From: Anaerolineae bacterium
GTDB taxonomy: Bacteria > Chloroflexota > Anaerolineae > SpSt-600
Length of the DNA stretch: 64,000 nt
NCBI GenBank assembly: GCA_042408195.1
Contig: JBHOQL010000040.1
Location: forward strand, 7,041-71,040
Direction of reading: 5' to 3'
Both the position numbers and the translations under genes were made by a program. Below, one piece after another: positions 8,802 through 18,225 of the stretch (the stretch's first letter is position 1; every line of letters starts with the position of its first letter). Below the pieces are notes generated by a model, which saw only the letters and a list, made by a program, of their open reading frames with translations, made no database searches and had not been told where the DNA came from.

Positions 8802-10680
8802 TGAAAAAATCCGCAGGGGGAGAAAATTTCCCAAAAAGAGTATCCCGCCTAAAAAATTTAAACCACGCCCTAAGGTTGTGCCGAAAGAGGAAGTAGCCCC
8901 TCCGGAGCCTACTCCTCCTAAGAAAATCGTTATTCCCGACAGTATAACGGTGAGGGAGCTTGCTCAACTAATGGGCATAAGCCCCATCGATGTTATAAAA
9001 GAGCTCATGAAGAATGGGGTCATGGCCAATATTAACCAGCGCCTTGACCGGGACACGGCAGTGATAGTGGCGGAGGAACTGGGCTTCATAGTGGAGGAAC
9101 CTGCACCTCCACCGGAAGAAGTAGCTCCCCCAGCTCCAAAGACCATCCGCCAGCTCATCTATGAAGGAGAAGCGCCCGAGAAGATGGTTCCAAGGCCTCC
9201 GGTGGTTACTGTGCTGGGCCATGTTGACCACGGCAAAACCACGCTCCTTGATGCCATCCGTCGCACCAATGTAGCTGCAGGGGAAGTAGGGGGAATAACC
9301 CAGCGAATAGGTGCTTACCAAGTGGATATGGATGGCAAAAAGATCACCTTCATAGATACCCCTGGCCACGAAGCTTTCACTGCGATGAGAGCAAGAGGTG
9401 CGCAAGTAACCGACATAGCGGTTCTGGTGGTAGCTGCCGATGATGGTGTAATGCCTCAGACCCTGGAAGCAATTGACCACGCCAGAGCAGCCCAGGTGCC
9501 CATAATCGTAGCTATAAACAAGATCGATAAGCCAGAAGCCAACGTGGAAATGGTGAAGCGCCAGCTGGCGGAAGTGGGCCTTATTCCGGAAGAATGGGGT
9601 GGTAACACCATCTGCGTCCCGATATCGGCCAAGAAGAGGATAGGAATTGATGAGCTTCTTGAGAACATCCTTCTGGTAGCGGAATTGGAAGGATTAAAGG
9701 CTAACCCCAATCGACCTGCTATCGGGACGGTCATCGAGGGCAAGATGGATGAAAAGCGCGGCCCTGTGGCTACAGTCCTGGTCCAAAACGGGACTCTGCG
9801 CCGAGGGGAGATCATTGTGATTGACGATATATACGGACGCGTTAGAGCGATGTTCAACGATCGGGGTGAGCCTATTGACGAAGCCCCGCCTTCTACTCCT
9901 GCCCTCGTTCTGGGTCTGCCGGAAGTCCCTACTCCGGGTTTGCTGTTTGAGGTGGTCAGGAATGAGAAAGAGGCCAAGGCCATTGTGGAAAAGCGCAAGG
10001 CCGAAAAAGCTGTACCGAGGCCTGCTCCTCAGGTTGTAACCCTGGAAGACCTGCATCGTCTTATGCAAGTGGGAGAGGTTAAAGAGCTCAACGTCATCCT
10101 CAAGGCTGATGCTTACGGTTCCCTGGAACCCATTGTGAGTTCCCTGGAGAAAATGAGCTCTGATGAACTGCGCATTAAGATAATCCACAAGGGTGCGGGC
10201 AATGTGAGTGAATCCGATATAATGCTAGCGGTAGCTTCAAAGGGCTTGGTCATCGGCTTCAATGTGGATGTGGACCCGGCAGCGCGGGCTCTTGCGGAGA
10301 AAGAAGGGGTGGAGATCCGCCTTTACCAGGTAATCTACCACCTCTTGGAGGACATGGAGAAGGCTCTTAAGGGCTTGCTGGAGCCTGAAATTAAGGAAAA
10401 CGTTTTGGGTCATGCTCAGGTCAGGGCTATATTCAAAGTGGCCAGAGGCCAGGTAGCAGGAGTTTATGTTTTAGATGGAGTTGTGGTTAGAGGAGCGAGA
10501 GCCAGGATCATCCGCAACGGTGAACTGGTATACGATGGCAAGGTGGCTTCCCTACGCCGCTTTACCGAAGATGTCAGAGAGGTCCGCCAGGGATTTGAAT
10601 GCGGTGTGGGGTTGGAGAACTTTGGCGATTTCGTTATAGGTGATATCATTGAAATCTATGAAAGGGTGAAGGTAACCTAA
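8791..10680 (+). CDS. infB: Translation initiation factor IF-2
   Basis: The G-domain motifs are [20 protein letters not shown] and NKID. The C-terminal domains are present. Confidence 0.9.
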   Translation: MPVDEKIRRGRKFPKKSIPPKKFKPRPKVVPKEEVAPPEPTPPKKIVIPDSITVRELAQLMGISPIDVIKELMKNGVMANINQRLDRDTAVIVAEELGFIVEEPAPPPEEVAPPAPKTIRQLIYEGEAPEKMVPRPPVVTVLGHVDHGKTTLLDAIRRTNVAAGEVGGITQRIGAYQVDMDGKKITFIDTPGHEAFTAMRARGAQVTDIAVLVVAADDGVMPQTLEAIDHARAAQVPIIVAINKIDKPEANVEMVKRQLAEVGLIPEEWGGNTICVPISAKKRIGIDELLENILLVAELEGLKANPNRPAIGTVIEGKMDEKRGPVATVLVQNGTLRRGEIIVIDDIYGRVRAMFNDRGEPIDEAPPSTPALVLGLPEVPTPGLLFEVVRNEKEAKAIVEKRKAEKAVPRPAPQVVTLEDLHRLMQVGEVKELNVILKADAYGSLEPIVSSLEKMSSDELRIKIIHKGAGNVSESDIMLAVASKGLVIGFNVDVDPAARALAEKEGVEIRLYQVIYHLLEDMEKALKGLLEPEIKENVLGHAQVRAIFKVARGQVAGVYVLDGVVVRGARARIIRNGELVYDGKVASLRRFTEDVREVRQGFECGVGLENFGDFVIGDIIEIYERVKVT

Positions 10681-10681
10681 A

Positions 10682-11068
10682 ATGACTAAACCATTGACCC
10701 GTCGCCAGAAGCGGGTGGGCGAACTTATCCGGCGTGAGATAAGCACTCTGCTGGAACGTAAGGTCAAAGACCCCCGTCTGAACTTTGTGACGGTGACGGA
10801 CGTGGAGGTTACTTTTGACCTAAAAGACGCTTTCGTCTATGTCAGCGCTCCAGAGGGCCGGGAGCGGAAAGAAGAAATCCTGGAGGGTCTTGAGAGAGCT
10901 TCGGGTTTCCTGCGCCATGAGCTGGCCCAGAACCTCCGTATAAAATTCATACCCCGCCTTACTTTTATATGGGATGATTCTCTGGAGCGAGGACAGCGAA
11001 TAAACCAGCTACTCCGGGAAATAGCAGAAAAGAAATATGTCCAGAGAGGCGATAGCGAAAAGCCTTAA
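10682..11068 (+). CDS. rbfA: Ribosome-binding factor A
   Basis: The RbfA-family sequence lies immediately after infB. Confidence 0.85.
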   Translation: MTKPLTRRQKRVGELIRREISTLLERKVKDPRLNFVTVTDVEVTFDLKDAFVYVSAPEGRERKEEILEGLERASGFLRHELAQNLRIKFIPRLTFIWDDSLERGQRINQLLREIAEKKYVQRGDSEKP

Positions 11069-11984
11069 CGAGGCCAGTAAAATTTTAATCCTTACCCACA
11101 TTGATCCCGACGGAGATGCTATTGGTTCGGTGCTCGGGCTGGGACTAGCCCTGGAAAAGCTCGGGAAGAAGGTGGTAATGGCCTGCCAGGATCCGGTTCC
11201 GAAGCGGTTCCATTACCTCCCAGGAAGCCAGAGGATAGTCCCTTACCCTTTCGGTTCCTTTGATATAGTTGTATCCCTTGATGCCAACGATGTTAGACGG
11301 CTCGGGAAAGCTTACAGTGCAGAGCTCTTCGGCCATTTGCCCCTCTTGAACATCGATCACCACATCACTAATCCCTTTTTCGGGACGTTGAACTGGGTAG
11401 ACCCCCAAGCAGCAGCTACTTCAGAGATGGTCCTGGAGCTTTTAGATGAAATACCTGCACCCATTGAGCCCGATGTAGCTACCTGCCTCCTTAACGGCAT
11501 TGTTACGGATACCCAGGGCTTTCGGACTGCCAGCACCACTCCTAAAACCCTTGAAGCAACCCTTAGGCTCCAGAAAGCCGGGGCCAGCTTGCACAAAGTA
11601 ATGACTCACGCTTTAAACCATCACCCCTTCAAGCTGCTCCAGCTTTGGAGCAGGCTTTTAGGACGGGTGCAATTCAAGGATGGAATCATATGGGTGGATA
11701 AGCCTCGCTCCGTTCTGGATGAATCGGAGCTGGGGGAAGATTACGATTATGGCCTCATAAACTTCTTGTTGGGAGTGGAAGGAGTCAGGATAGCGGTCGT
11801 TTTCACCGAAAAGCCAGGAGGTGAAGTAGATATAAGTCTGCGTTCGGTGCCGGGAATAGACGTTTCAACGGTAGCCGCTAAACTTGGAGGAGGTGGTCAC
11901 CCTCAAGCCGCTGGCTGCCGCCTCAAGGGCCACCTGGAAGAGGTGAAAAAGCTCGTGTTGGAAGAACTTCGCAAACTTTACTAA
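11037..11984 (+). CDS. nrnA: DHH/DHHA1 phosphoesterase (nanoRNase NrnA-like)
   Basis: DHH motifs include ILTHIDPDGDAIGS and ...DHH.... It occupies the conserved rbfA-nrnA-truB position. Confidence 0.8.
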   Translation: MSREAIAKSLNEASKILILTHIDPDGDAIGSVLGLGLALEKLGKKVVMACQDPVPKRFHYLPGSQRIVPYPFGSFDIVVSLDANDVRRLGKAYSAELFGHLPLLNIDHHITNPFFGTLNWVDPQAAATSEMVLELLDEIPAPIEPDVATCLLNGIVTDTQGFRTASTTPKTLEATLRLQKAGASLHKVMTHALNHHPFKLLQLWSRLLGRVQFKDGIIWVDKPRSVLDESELGEDYDYGLINFLLGVEGVRIAVVFTEKPGGEVDISLRSVPGIDVSTVAAKLGGGGHPQAAGCRLKGHLEEVKKLVLEELRKLY

Positions 11985-11988
11985 ATCA

Positions 11989-12861
11989 ATGAAACGCGAG
12001 CTCTCAGGCATTCTCAACATCAATAAACCTAAAGGCCTCACTTCCCACGATGTCGTGGACAAGGTGCGAAAACTGAGTGGAATCCGGAAGGTAGGGCATG
12101 CTGGTACCCTCGACCCCATAGCTACCGGAGTTCTGGTAGTATGCCTGGGTAAGGCCACCAGGCTTGTGCGTTTCATAATGGATAGCCCAAAGACTTACCG
12201 GGCCACCTTGCGTTTGGGCATAAGCACTGACACCCACGATGCTGAAGGCCAGATAATACGAGAAGCCCCGGTAAATGTAACCTTGGAGGAGGTAAAGGAA
12301 GCTCTCAAAAGCTTCACTGGGACCATAGAGCAGATTCCGCCTCTCTATTCCGCCATCAAAATAAGGGGGAAACGCCTCTACGAGTTGGCGAGGGAAGGCA
12401 AAGAGGTCACCCTTCTTCCTCGCCAAGTTGAAATCTACCGGATAGAAGTGTTGGAGTGGGATATTCCTTTCCTCACATTGGAAGTGGAGTGTTCTCCGGG
12501 GACTTACATCCGGGCCCTGGCCAGAGACTTGGGGGAGAAACTCGGGTGTGGGGCACATGTAACTGAGCTGACCCGGCTGAGAAGTGGGCGCTTTACTCTG
12601 GAAGATGCAGTAACTCTCGAGGAAATTGAGGTGGGCAAGCTCAAGCAGTTTCTCCTTCCCCCAGAGATGGCCGTGGCTGATTTTCCCAGCGTAATCCTGG
12701 AAAAGGGCGAGGAAAAGAGGATACGCCTGGGCCAGAAAGTTAGAGGCACCCCCCAGGGAGGCGAGGGCCTTCACAGGGTTTACTCCTTTGATGGCTGGTT
12801 CCTGGGCCTGGCGGAGTGGGATTCGATGGCTAAATTGTGGCAACCGAGGCTTATACTGTAA
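11989..12861 (+). CDS. truB: tRNA pseudouridine-55 synthase TruB
   Basis: GILNINKPKGLTSHDVV...GHAGTLDP is the TruB catalytic-Asp motif. Confidence 0.9.
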   Translation: MKRELSGILNINKPKGLTSHDVVDKVRKLSGIRKVGHAGTLDPIATGVLVVCLGKATRLVRFIMDSPKTYRATLRLGISTDTHDAEGQIIREAPVNVTLEEVKEALKSFTGTIEQIPPLYSAIKIRGKRLYELAREGKEVTLLPRQVEIYRIEVLEWDIPFLTLEVECSPGTYIRALARDLGEKLGCGAHVTELTRLRSGRFTLEDAVTLEEIEVGKLKQFLLPPEMAVADFPSVILEKGEEKRIRLGQKVRGTPQGGEGLHRVYSFDGWFLGLAEWDSMAKLWQPRLIL

Positions 12862-12864
12862 GCC

Positions 12865-14241
12865 ATGCAGCTCATAGACAATTTCTCTCAAGTCTACATA
12901 ACTATAGAAAGCTTCGTCACCATCGGAGCCTTTGACGGAGTGCACCGGGGGCACCAGCACCTTATCCGCAACTTGGTTCGGGAAGCTCACAAGCAAGGCT
13001 TTCTGGCTGGCCTCGTAACCTTTCACCCCCATCCTTCTGTTGTCCTCAACCCTTCTAATCCCACCCGCTACCTTACGACGCCTGGGGAGAAAGTCTCAAT
13101 TCTGGAAAAGATGGACCTGGATGTAGTGGCAATTCTCCCTTTTAATGAGAAGATGGCTCGGACGCCAGCCCGCGAGTTTATAGCGCTCCTCTGCAAACAT
13201 CTGAATTTGAAAGAGCTATGGGTGGGGGCCGATTTTGCCCTGGGCTTCCAGCGTGAGGGGAACGTGAAAGTCCTGAAAGAGCTCGGCAGAGAAATGGGCT
13301 TTGTGGTAAGGGTGGTGGAACCCATCTACTTTAAGGGCGAGATAATATCCAGCACCCGCATCCGTAAGCTCATAGCTCTGGGGGAAGTACGGGAAGCGGC
13401 CCAACTTCTGGGGCGCTACTACAGCTTGGCGGGCGAAGTGGTGAGGGGCGAGGGCCGCGGCCGGCTTTTGGGTTTCCCTACCGCCAACTTAGAAGTTAGA
13501 CCGGAAAGAGTTTCTCCCGCTGATGGGGTTTACGTTACTTTCGTTCGGCTGGGACGGGATAGGCTCTGGGGGGTGACTAACGTCGGCACAAGGCCAACCT
13601 TTGACGGGGGAAAGCGTCTGGTCGAAACTTATATCTTGGATTTTGACGGTGACCTTTACGGCTGCGATTTAGTAGTTGAGTTTGTGGAAAGGCTCAGACC
13701 GGAGATAAAATTTTCTTCCGTGGAAAAACTGAAAGAGCAAATCCGTAGGGATGTGGAAATGGCCCGGGAGGTCCTGGCGAGGGAAGAGGCAATGGGAGGA
13801 ATAGAGAACATGCTGGAGCCGGTATACACTCCTTCTACGAAGAGGTTCGAAGAGCTGCCCCACACGGCCGATAAGGCAATCAAGGTTTACGGCAGCACTC
13901 TGGAGGAGGTCTTCGTAAACGCTGCTTTCGGCATGTTCAGCCTGATGGCTGATCCTCAGGAGATAAAGGTTGAGATAACGCGGGAGCTGGAAGTTTCCTC
14001 CTTCGACATTGAATCGCTCCTTGTCAAGTGGCTCAACGAACTCCTCTACTTGCAGGAGACGGAAGGAGAACTTTACCGAGACTTTGAAATTGTCCACTTA
14101 GACGAGAGGAGCCTTAGAGCTAGAATCTGGGGAGGTAAAGGCTACCCCAAGAAAGCCAAAGTCAAAGCCGCCACTTACCACAATTTGGAAATCAAAGACC
14201 TGGGAAAAGGTTACGAGGCAACGGTGGTCTTTGACACTTAG
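12865..14241 (+). CDS. ribF: Bifunctional riboflavin kinase/FAD synthetase RibF fused in frame to a C-terminal archease domain
   Basis: Residues 1 to about 312 are RibF (FAD synthetase plus the riboflavin kinase ...GFPTANL...). Residues from about 313 to 458 (MGGIENM...KRFEELPHTADKAIKVYGSTLEEVFVNAAFGMF...ATYHNLEIK) match archease, with its HTAD motif. No stop codon separates the two parts. Confidence 0.75.
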   Translation: MQLIDNFSQVYITIESFVTIGAFDGVHRGHQHLIRNLVREAHKQGFLAGLVTFHPHPSVVLNPSNPTRYLTTPGEKVSILEKMDLDVVAILPFNEKMARTPAREFIALLCKHLNLKELWVGADFALGFQREGNVKVLKELGREMGFVVRVVEPIYFKGEIISSTRIRKLIALGEVREAAQLLGRYYSLAGEVVRGEGRGRLLGFPTANLEVRPERVSPADGVYVTFVRLGRDRLWGVTNVGTRPTFDGGKRLVETYILDFDGDLYGCDLVVEFVERLRPEIKFSSVEKLKEQIRRDVEMAREVLAREEAMGGIENMLEPVYTPSTKRFEELPHTADKAIKVYGSTLEEVFVNAAFGMFSLMADPQEIKVEITRELEVSSFDIESLLVKWLNELLYLQETEGELYRDFEIVHLDERSLRARIWGGKGYPKKAKVKAATYHNLEIKDLGKGYEATVVFDT

Positions 14242-15860
14242 AGGCGCATCAGTATTGGAGCGATCTGCTTCTTGCGCGAAACTATCCCCCGTAGGCTCAA
14301 CGAGTGTGGCCCTGAAAGCTTTGCCTCCAGGGCCTCAGCTATTTCCTTTTCTTTCCCCACCAACAACAGCTCCGTCTCCTCGTCAAAGATATTAACCAGG
14401 ATGAACATTAGGCTCGTGTATCCTCTTTCCTCTTTAAGCTTTTTCATTTCCTCGATGAACTCTTCCCGGCGTTTCTCCACCACGCTCCGACCGTGGACTT
14501 CCAGGTATCCAATCCCGAAGAGTCTATCGCCGAACCTGTATTCTTTGAAATCGGCTGTGATGATCTCTCGGGCCGGCCGGTGCAATATTTCCGAAGCCGC
14601 ATCGAAGAGCTCTTTGGCCAGAGCCTCGGGGGAAATGCCAGCTATGGAAGCCAAGGCCGCAGCCACAGCCTTATCTCTGGGAGTAGTGGTGGGTGAGCGG
14701 AAGAAGACCGTATCGCTTATGATAGCTCCCAACATGAGCCCTGCCAGAGGAGGCTCCACCTTGAAGCCTTGCTCCTGGAAAAGGGTGGCTACGACGGTAG
14801 AAGTGGCCCCTACTGGCTCGCTCCTGACCAGCACGGGGCTCGGGGTCTGAATATCCCCCACCCGGTGATGGTCTATGATAGCCACAATCTCCGCCTCATC
14901 AAGCCCTTCCACCGACTGGCTTCGTTCATTGTGGTCCACCAAGATCACTCTGTAGCGCACCGGTTTGAGGAAGTCCGACCTGGAAATTACTCCTTTTACC
15001 TTCCTTTCCTCATCCACAACGGGCAAAGTCCGCTGGCGGACTAGAAAAGCTTTTGCCTCCTCCAGGAGATCGTCCTCTTCCACAAAGTCCACCTCTTCCC
15101 TCATGAAGAATTGAGCAGGGGTGCTAAGGAGCAGAAGCCTGACAGTTGTGAAAGTGTGGTAGGGTGAAGAAATTACCGTTACGCCGCTCTCCTTCGCCAG
15201 CCGGAGGATTTCATCGGAAACCGAAAGCCCACCCGTCACAATTATGGCACCAATGCCCTTTTCTATTGCGGCCCTCTGGGCATCCTCCCGGTCTCCGACT
15301 ATGAGAATGGAACCTGGTTCCACATAATTCAACAATCTGGGCAAGCTCATTGCCCCAATGTAAACTTTCCCCCTAACCGGCCTGGTACCTCGGTGGAGGA
15401 AATGGCCACCGAGGGTTTCCACAACCGCTTCCAAACGAATGGGTATCCTGTCTAGAAACTGGGGGTCTATTTCTTCCAAAAGCAAGGAGGAAAAATCCTC
15501 CACCGAAACCATTCCCAGCAGTCGCGATTCGTCATCCACTACCGGGACTGCCCGGATGTTTCTAGTTCTGAAAATCTGCCCAACTTTGTAAGCGGGGGTA
15601 AGGGGCGAAACGGTGATAGCCGGAGAGCTCATGGCATCCCGCACCCGTGGTCTGGCATCAGTGAACAAAATGGGCTCAGGGAACCCGAACCTTTGGAGCA
15701 AATAGGAGGTTTCGGGGCGAAGCTCCCCTTGCCGAGCAGGGATGGTCTCTTCCCCTTTCAGACGGAAGAGTTCAGCGCAAGCGATGGCCGCCACCACACA
15801 ATCGGTATCGGGGTTCTTGTGGCCCACTACATAGATTGGAGAACCCATTTCTACCTCCAA
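14238..15860 (-). CDS. CBS-domain-containing family II (Mn-dependent, DHH) inorganic pyrophosphatase
   Basis: It has the N-terminal DHH motif (VVGHKNPDTDCVVAAIA), CBS-pair and DRTGG inserts, and a C-terminal DHHA2 domain. Confidence 0.85.
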   Translation of the reverse strand: MEVEMGSPIYVVGHKNPDTDCVVAAIACAELFRLKGEETIPARQGELRPETSYLLQRFGFPEPILFTDARPRVRDAMSSPAITVSPLTPAYKVGQIFRTRNIRAVPVVDDESRLLGMVSVEDFSSLLLEEIDPQFLDRIPIRLEAVVETLGGHFLHRGTRPVRGKVYIGAMSLPRLLNYVEPGSILIVGDREDAQRAAIEKGIGAIIVTGGLSVSDEILRLAKESGVTVISSPYHTFTTVRLLLLSTPAQFFMREEVDFVEEDDLLEEAKAFLVRQRTLPVVDEERKVKGVISRSDFLKPVRYRVILVDHNERSQSVEGLDEAEIVAIIDHHRVGDIQTPSPVLVRSEPVGATSTVVATLFQEQGFKVEPPLAGLMLGAIISDTVFFRSPTTTPRDKAVAAALASIAGISPEALAKELFDAASEILHRPAREIITADFKEYRFGDRLFGIGYLEVHGRSVVEKRREEFIEEMKKLKEERGYTSLMFILVNIFDEETELLLVGKEKEIAEALEAKLSGPHSLSLRGIVSRKKQIAPILMRL

Positions 15861-15944
15861 AGCTCAGCTTTTCTTTAAATTTTAACGGGAACTCTGCCTC
15901 TGCGAAAGCGAGGCGAAAGCCCACTCCGCATATCATACAGGACC

Positions 15945-15974
15945 TTGTCAATCTGCAGCGAAAGGATGTATAAT
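15945..15974 (+). promoter_or_regulatory. Sigma-70-like promoter (TTGTCA-18-TATAAT) upstream of ydjC-like operon
   Basis: TTGTCA is at 15945..15950 and TATAAT at 15969..15974. A GGAGG RBS and the ATG at 16010 follow. Confidence 0.4.
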
Positions 15975-16009
15975 CCCCCAAGCAAATCTCCCGGAGGCAA
16001 GGAGGAACC

Positions 16010-16870
16010 ATGGCCCGCTACCTTATTGTGAACGCTGATGACTTTGGACGAAGCCGTGGGGTAAATGAAGGCATACTCAAGGCCCACAGGGAGGGGATCG
16101 TAACGAGCACTTCCTTCATGGTGAACCAGCCTTTCGCCCAGGAAGGAGCCTCCATCTTGAAAGATACGCCCTCCCTCGGAGCCGGGGTACACTTGGTTTT
16201 CTCCTCTGGTAGGCCTGTCCTGCCTTCGGAGAAGGTCCCCAGCCTCGTGGACTCTGAAGGATTCTTCCTCCCCCAGGAAGTTCTGATGATGAGAGCAGTG
16301 GAGATCTCCCCCGACGAGCTCAAGGCTGAATTTAAGGCCCAGATTGAGAGATTCCGGGCCCTCGTGGGCCGTGAGCCTGACCACCTTGACTGCCACCATT
16401 TCGTGCACATCCACCCCCACTTTTTCGCCGTTTACACTGAGGTAGCACGGGAGATGGGGTTGCCCATCCGAAACCCCCTGCCCCGCGAACCTCATGAGAT
16501 CGACCAGATTCTGGACTCCTTGCCCTCTTCCCTCAAGAACTTGCCCAGGGAAATGGCCTTAGCCATACTTGAAGCTGATAGAATGTCCATTGGCTCGCTC
16601 TCATGCCCCGACCGTTTTGTCGGTTCCTTTTTTGGAGAGGAAGCTGTAACTTTGGAAAACCTTCTGGCCATCCTGGAGGGGGTCGGCGAAGGAGTAACGG
16701 AGCTTATGTGCCATCCTGCCTTTGTGGATGAAGAGCTACTCTCTTCCAGCTCCTACGCTTATCCGAGGGAGAAAGAGCTCGAATTGCTATGCCATCCTCT
16801 GGTGCGGCGTAAAATTGAGGAATTGGGAATAGAGTTGGTTAATTTTTCCATCCTGTCGAAAAAACCCTGA
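16010..16870 (+). CDS. YdjC/ChbG-family carbohydrate deacetylase
   Basis: MARYLIVNADDFGRSRGVNEGI is the YdjC signature. Confidence 0.8.
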   Translation: MARYLIVNADDFGRSRGVNEGILKAHREGIVTSTSFMVNQPFAQEGASILKDTPSLGAGVHLVFSSGRPVLPSEKVPSLVDSEGFFLPQEVLMMRAVEISPDELKAEFKAQIERFRALVGREPDHLDCHHFVHIHPHFFAVYTEVAREMGLPIRNPLPREPHEIDQILDSLPSSLKNLPREMALAILEADRMSIGSLSCPDRFVGSFFGEEAVTLENLLAILEGVGEGVTELMCHPAFVDEELLSSSSYAYPREKELELLCHPLVRRKIEELGIELVNFSILSKKP

Positions 16871-16873
16871 ATT

Positions 16874-17704
16874 GTGGGAAGCCACTTGGTCATGGAACAA
16901 CGGACTCCTCTGGTAACGAAAAGCAAGCTCATGGAAGACTTGCGCAAGCTCGGCCTTTCCCCAGGCCAGGTCGTAATGCTCCATGCCTCTGTGAAGGCAA
17001 TAGGCTGGGTGGTTGGGGGGCCAGATGTGGTCCTCCAAGCAATCTTGGATATCCTGGGGCCTGATGGAACACTTATGATGTATGTTGGCTGGGAAGACGA
17101 TCCTTTTAGTCTTCCGGAATGGCCAGAGGAGTACCAGCGAGCTTATCTTGAAGAGTGCCCACCCTTTGACCCTCAGAGGTCCAGAGCCAACCGGAAGATG
17201 AGCATTCTCACAGAGTATCTGCGCACCTGGCCTGGTGCCTTGCGTAGCAACCATCCAGAGGCTTCGGTGGCCGCTGTAGGGGCAAAAGCTCGCTGGCTTG
17301 TAGAAGGTCACCCGCTCAATTACCCTTATGGTCCTGGCTCACCTTATGCTAAGCTCTGTGAAGACGAAGGTAAGGTGCTCCTTCTGGGTGCTCCGCTGAA
17401 TACAGTCACCTTGCTCCATTACGCCGAAACGATAGCTCACGTCCCTGGGAAAAGGGTTGTGCGTTACAGGATGCCGGTGCTGCAGGAAGGTAAGCGTATA
17501 TGGGTGGAGATTGAAGACATTGACACGAGCAGAGGAGCCTTTGATTGGGAGGGTGGAGATTATTTTGAGGCAATAGTACAGGAATACCTGGCTTTGGGAA
17601 AAGGTCGCTCCGGGAAAGTGGGCGCCGCTGATTCTTACCTTTTCGATGCAGCTGAACTCGTCCGGTTTGCTGTGGAATGGATGGAGAGAACTTTCGGAGG
17701 GTAA
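16874..17704 (+). CDS. AAC(3)-family aminoglycoside N-acetyltransferase-like protein (Antibiotic_NAT fold)
   Basis: It aligns along its length with AAC(3)-II-type enzymes: VMLHASVKAIG..GGPD, NHPEASVAAVG, LLLGAPLNTVTLLHYAE, YLFDA. The annotated start is GTG at 16874; ATG at 16892 is an alternative. Confidence 0.75.
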   Translation: MGSHLVMEQRTPLVTKSKLMEDLRKLGLSPGQVVMLHASVKAIGWVVGGPDVVLQAILDILGPDGTLMMYVGWEDDPFSLPEWPEEYQRAYLEECPPFDPQRSRANRKMSILTEYLRTWPGALRSNHPEASVAAVGAKARWLVEGHPLNYPYGPGSPYAKLCEDEGKVLLLGAPLNTVTLLHYAETIAHVPGKRVVRYRMPVLQEGKRIWVEIEDIDTSRGAFDWEGGDYFEAIVQEYLALGKGRSGKVGAADSYLFDAAELVRFAVEWMERTFGG

Positions 17705-17709
17705 AGACC

Positions 17710-18225
17710 ATGGATGTAGGATTTCACCCCGAGAAGATTGACCCCTCAGCTTTCATAGCACCGGGTGCTATCATAATAGGCGATGTGACCATAGGAGCTG
17801 AATCCAGCGTGTGGTTTGGAGCCATCCTGAGGGGTGATATAGCCCAAATAGTGATCGGGCGAGGGACCAACATTCAGGATGGAGCTGTAGTTCACGTGGA
17901 TATCGGGCGGCCGACCTTCATAGGGGACGGAGTAACAGTGGGCCATGGTGCTGTGTTGCATGGGTGCACTGTTGGAGACAATGTGCTCATAGGGATAAGG
18001 GCTGTTGTGCTTACGGGGGCGGTAATCGGCGAAAATTCCCTGATAGGGGCAGGAGCTGTCGTAACCGAAGGCACCGTCATCCCGCCCAATTCTCTGGTCC
18101 TGGGAGTTCCTGCCAGGGTTGCAGGAGAAGTATCCTCGGAGCTCCTCCAGCGTATTAAGGAATCGGCTGAACACTACAAAAACTATATCCAAGTCTACAA
18201 AGGGAGCTTCCGGGCCAGGAAATAG
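17710..18225 (+). CDS. Gamma-class carbonic anhydrase-family hexapeptide-repeat protein
   Basis: The left-handed beta-helix repeats include IGDVTIGAESSVWFGAILRGD. The ATG at 17710 follows GGAGGG. Confidence 0.75.
   Translation: MDVGFHPEKIDPSAFIAPGAIIIGDVTIGAESSVWFGAILRGDIAQIVIGRGTNIQDGAVVHVDIGRPTFIGDGVTVGHGAVLHGCTVGDNVLIGIRAVVLTGAVIGENSLIGAGAVVTEGTVIPPNSLVLGVPARVAGEVSSELLQRIKESAEHYKNYIQVYKGSFRARK

Noticed and set aside
12004-13032. 342-aa ORF on the minus strand antisense to truB and ribF
   Set aside because: It fully overlaps two strongly supported genes and shows no recognisable family. It is typical of the spurious antisense ORFs found in GC-rich coding DNA. The same applies to the antisense ORFs inside infB (8968-10188), rph (932-1780), the S8 protease (33036-36737) and mfd (56695-57726).
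16872-16895. Alternative start choice for the AAC(3)-like gene (GTG 16874 versus ATG 16892)
   Set aside because: This is not a separate feature. Neither candidate has a strong SD and both are compatible with AAC(3) alignments, so the longer ORF was reported and the ambiguity noted.
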